Position numbers and translations under genes: made by a program. Positions 63,673-64,000 of a stretch of DNA of 64,000 nucleotides are shown one piece after another. The stretch comes from an uncultured Planctomycetales bacterium (GTDB lineage: Bacteria > Omnitrophota > Gorgyraeia > Zapsychrales > JAHFFX01): positions 9,322 to 73,321 of the forward strand of contig CAYXGG010000002.1 of NCBI GenBank assembly GCA_964464475.1. Reading direction: 5' to 3'. Each line of letters begins with the position of its first letter. Positions within the stretch are counted from its first letter, which is position 1. The notes under the pieces are model-generated. The model was not told the DNA's origin. It was given only the letters and a program-made list of their open reading frames with translations, and did no database searches.

Positions 63673-64000
63673 TTAGTTTTTCACCTTTTGTTTGTAGATT
63701 TCGTTTAACAATTCTTCTGTCGACTGAATTGTTGTTGATCTCTCTAACGCCTTGTGAATCATTTCCTGCGCTTCCGGACGTTTATATTGCAATTGCATCA
63801 AAACAGCCAAGGCTTCCTGCTGCCAATCAGGTTCAGTAAGAATCTTTTTATTTTCCATCGTTCGCTCCGGAATCAAGCCAAAGCGTCCGATCTTGCCCTG
63901 CAGTTTAGCGACGATCTCTTTAGCGCGCTGCGCTCCGATACCCGGAAGCGTTTTAAGAAACCCGGTGTCCCCGGCTTCAATCGCGCGAGTGATTTCGGCA
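63673..64000 (-). CDS. ruvA: Holliday-junction helicase subunit RuvA (C-terminal two-thirds; N-terminus beyond window)
   Basis: The reverse translation LKTLPGIGAQRAKEIVAKL is an HhH motif. The C-terminal domain III reads EALAVLMQLQYKRPEAQEMI. Confidence 0.75.
   Translation of the reverse strand, partial: AEITRAIEAGDTGFLKTLPGIGAQRAKEIVAKLQGKIGRFGLIPERTMENKKILTEPDWQQEALAVLMQLQYKRPEAQEMIHKALERSTTIQSTEELLNEIYKQKVKN

Overview
This 64-kb window looks like a contiguous chromosomal segment from a diderm (Gram-negative-type) bacterium. GC content is roughly 47%, and many genes have clear AAGGAG-type ribosome-binding sites. Every convincing gene, about 55 CDS, lies on the minus strand, and the plus-strand ORFs in the track look like antisense artefacts. 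I found no rRNA, tRNA or CRISPR array.

The content is mostly housekeeping:
- Envelope and lipoprotein processing: mreB (partial), lgt, lspA, lepB, plsY, pgsA, dsbD.
- Translation: ileS, lepA, an ABC-F ATPase, rluD.
- Aromatic amino-acid synthesis: aroA, pheA, an aminotransferase, a DAHP synthase, tyrA, followed by cmk.
- DNA repair and chromosome maintenance: addA/addB-like helicase-nuclease, xth, lexA, scpB, ruvA (partial).
- Central metabolism and transport: glgP, a PfkB kinase, mtnP, proC, a SulP transporter.

The non-routine items are:
1. A family of three copies of a 115-184 nt structured repeat. It has a conserved core (ATTGACC ... GGCCAGTAA), and one copy carries GC-rich hairpin insertions. 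One copy sits in-frame inside a 1152-codon ORF and probably fuses a membrane HExxH protein artificially to a DUF58 protein.
2. Two small genes wedged between addA and addB-like: a secreted coiled-coil protein and a RelA/SpoT-like HD-domain protein whose HD dyad appears degenerate (KD).
3. A cluster of ATP-grasp ligase, putative HExxH zinc peptidase, a hypothetical protein, a CheY-like receiver and a transglutaminase-like protein. This resembles predicted but uncharacterised peptide ligation/modification systems.
4. An isolated PEP-CTERM (exosortase-substrate) gene bracketed by intrinsic terminators.
5. A tightly packed operon of secreted or membrane proteins (GDSL hydrolase, TolB-like, AllA-like cupin, rhodanese, PepF).

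All functional calls rest on motif recognition in the translated ORFs. No database searches were possible, so start codons and repeat boundaries are approximate.
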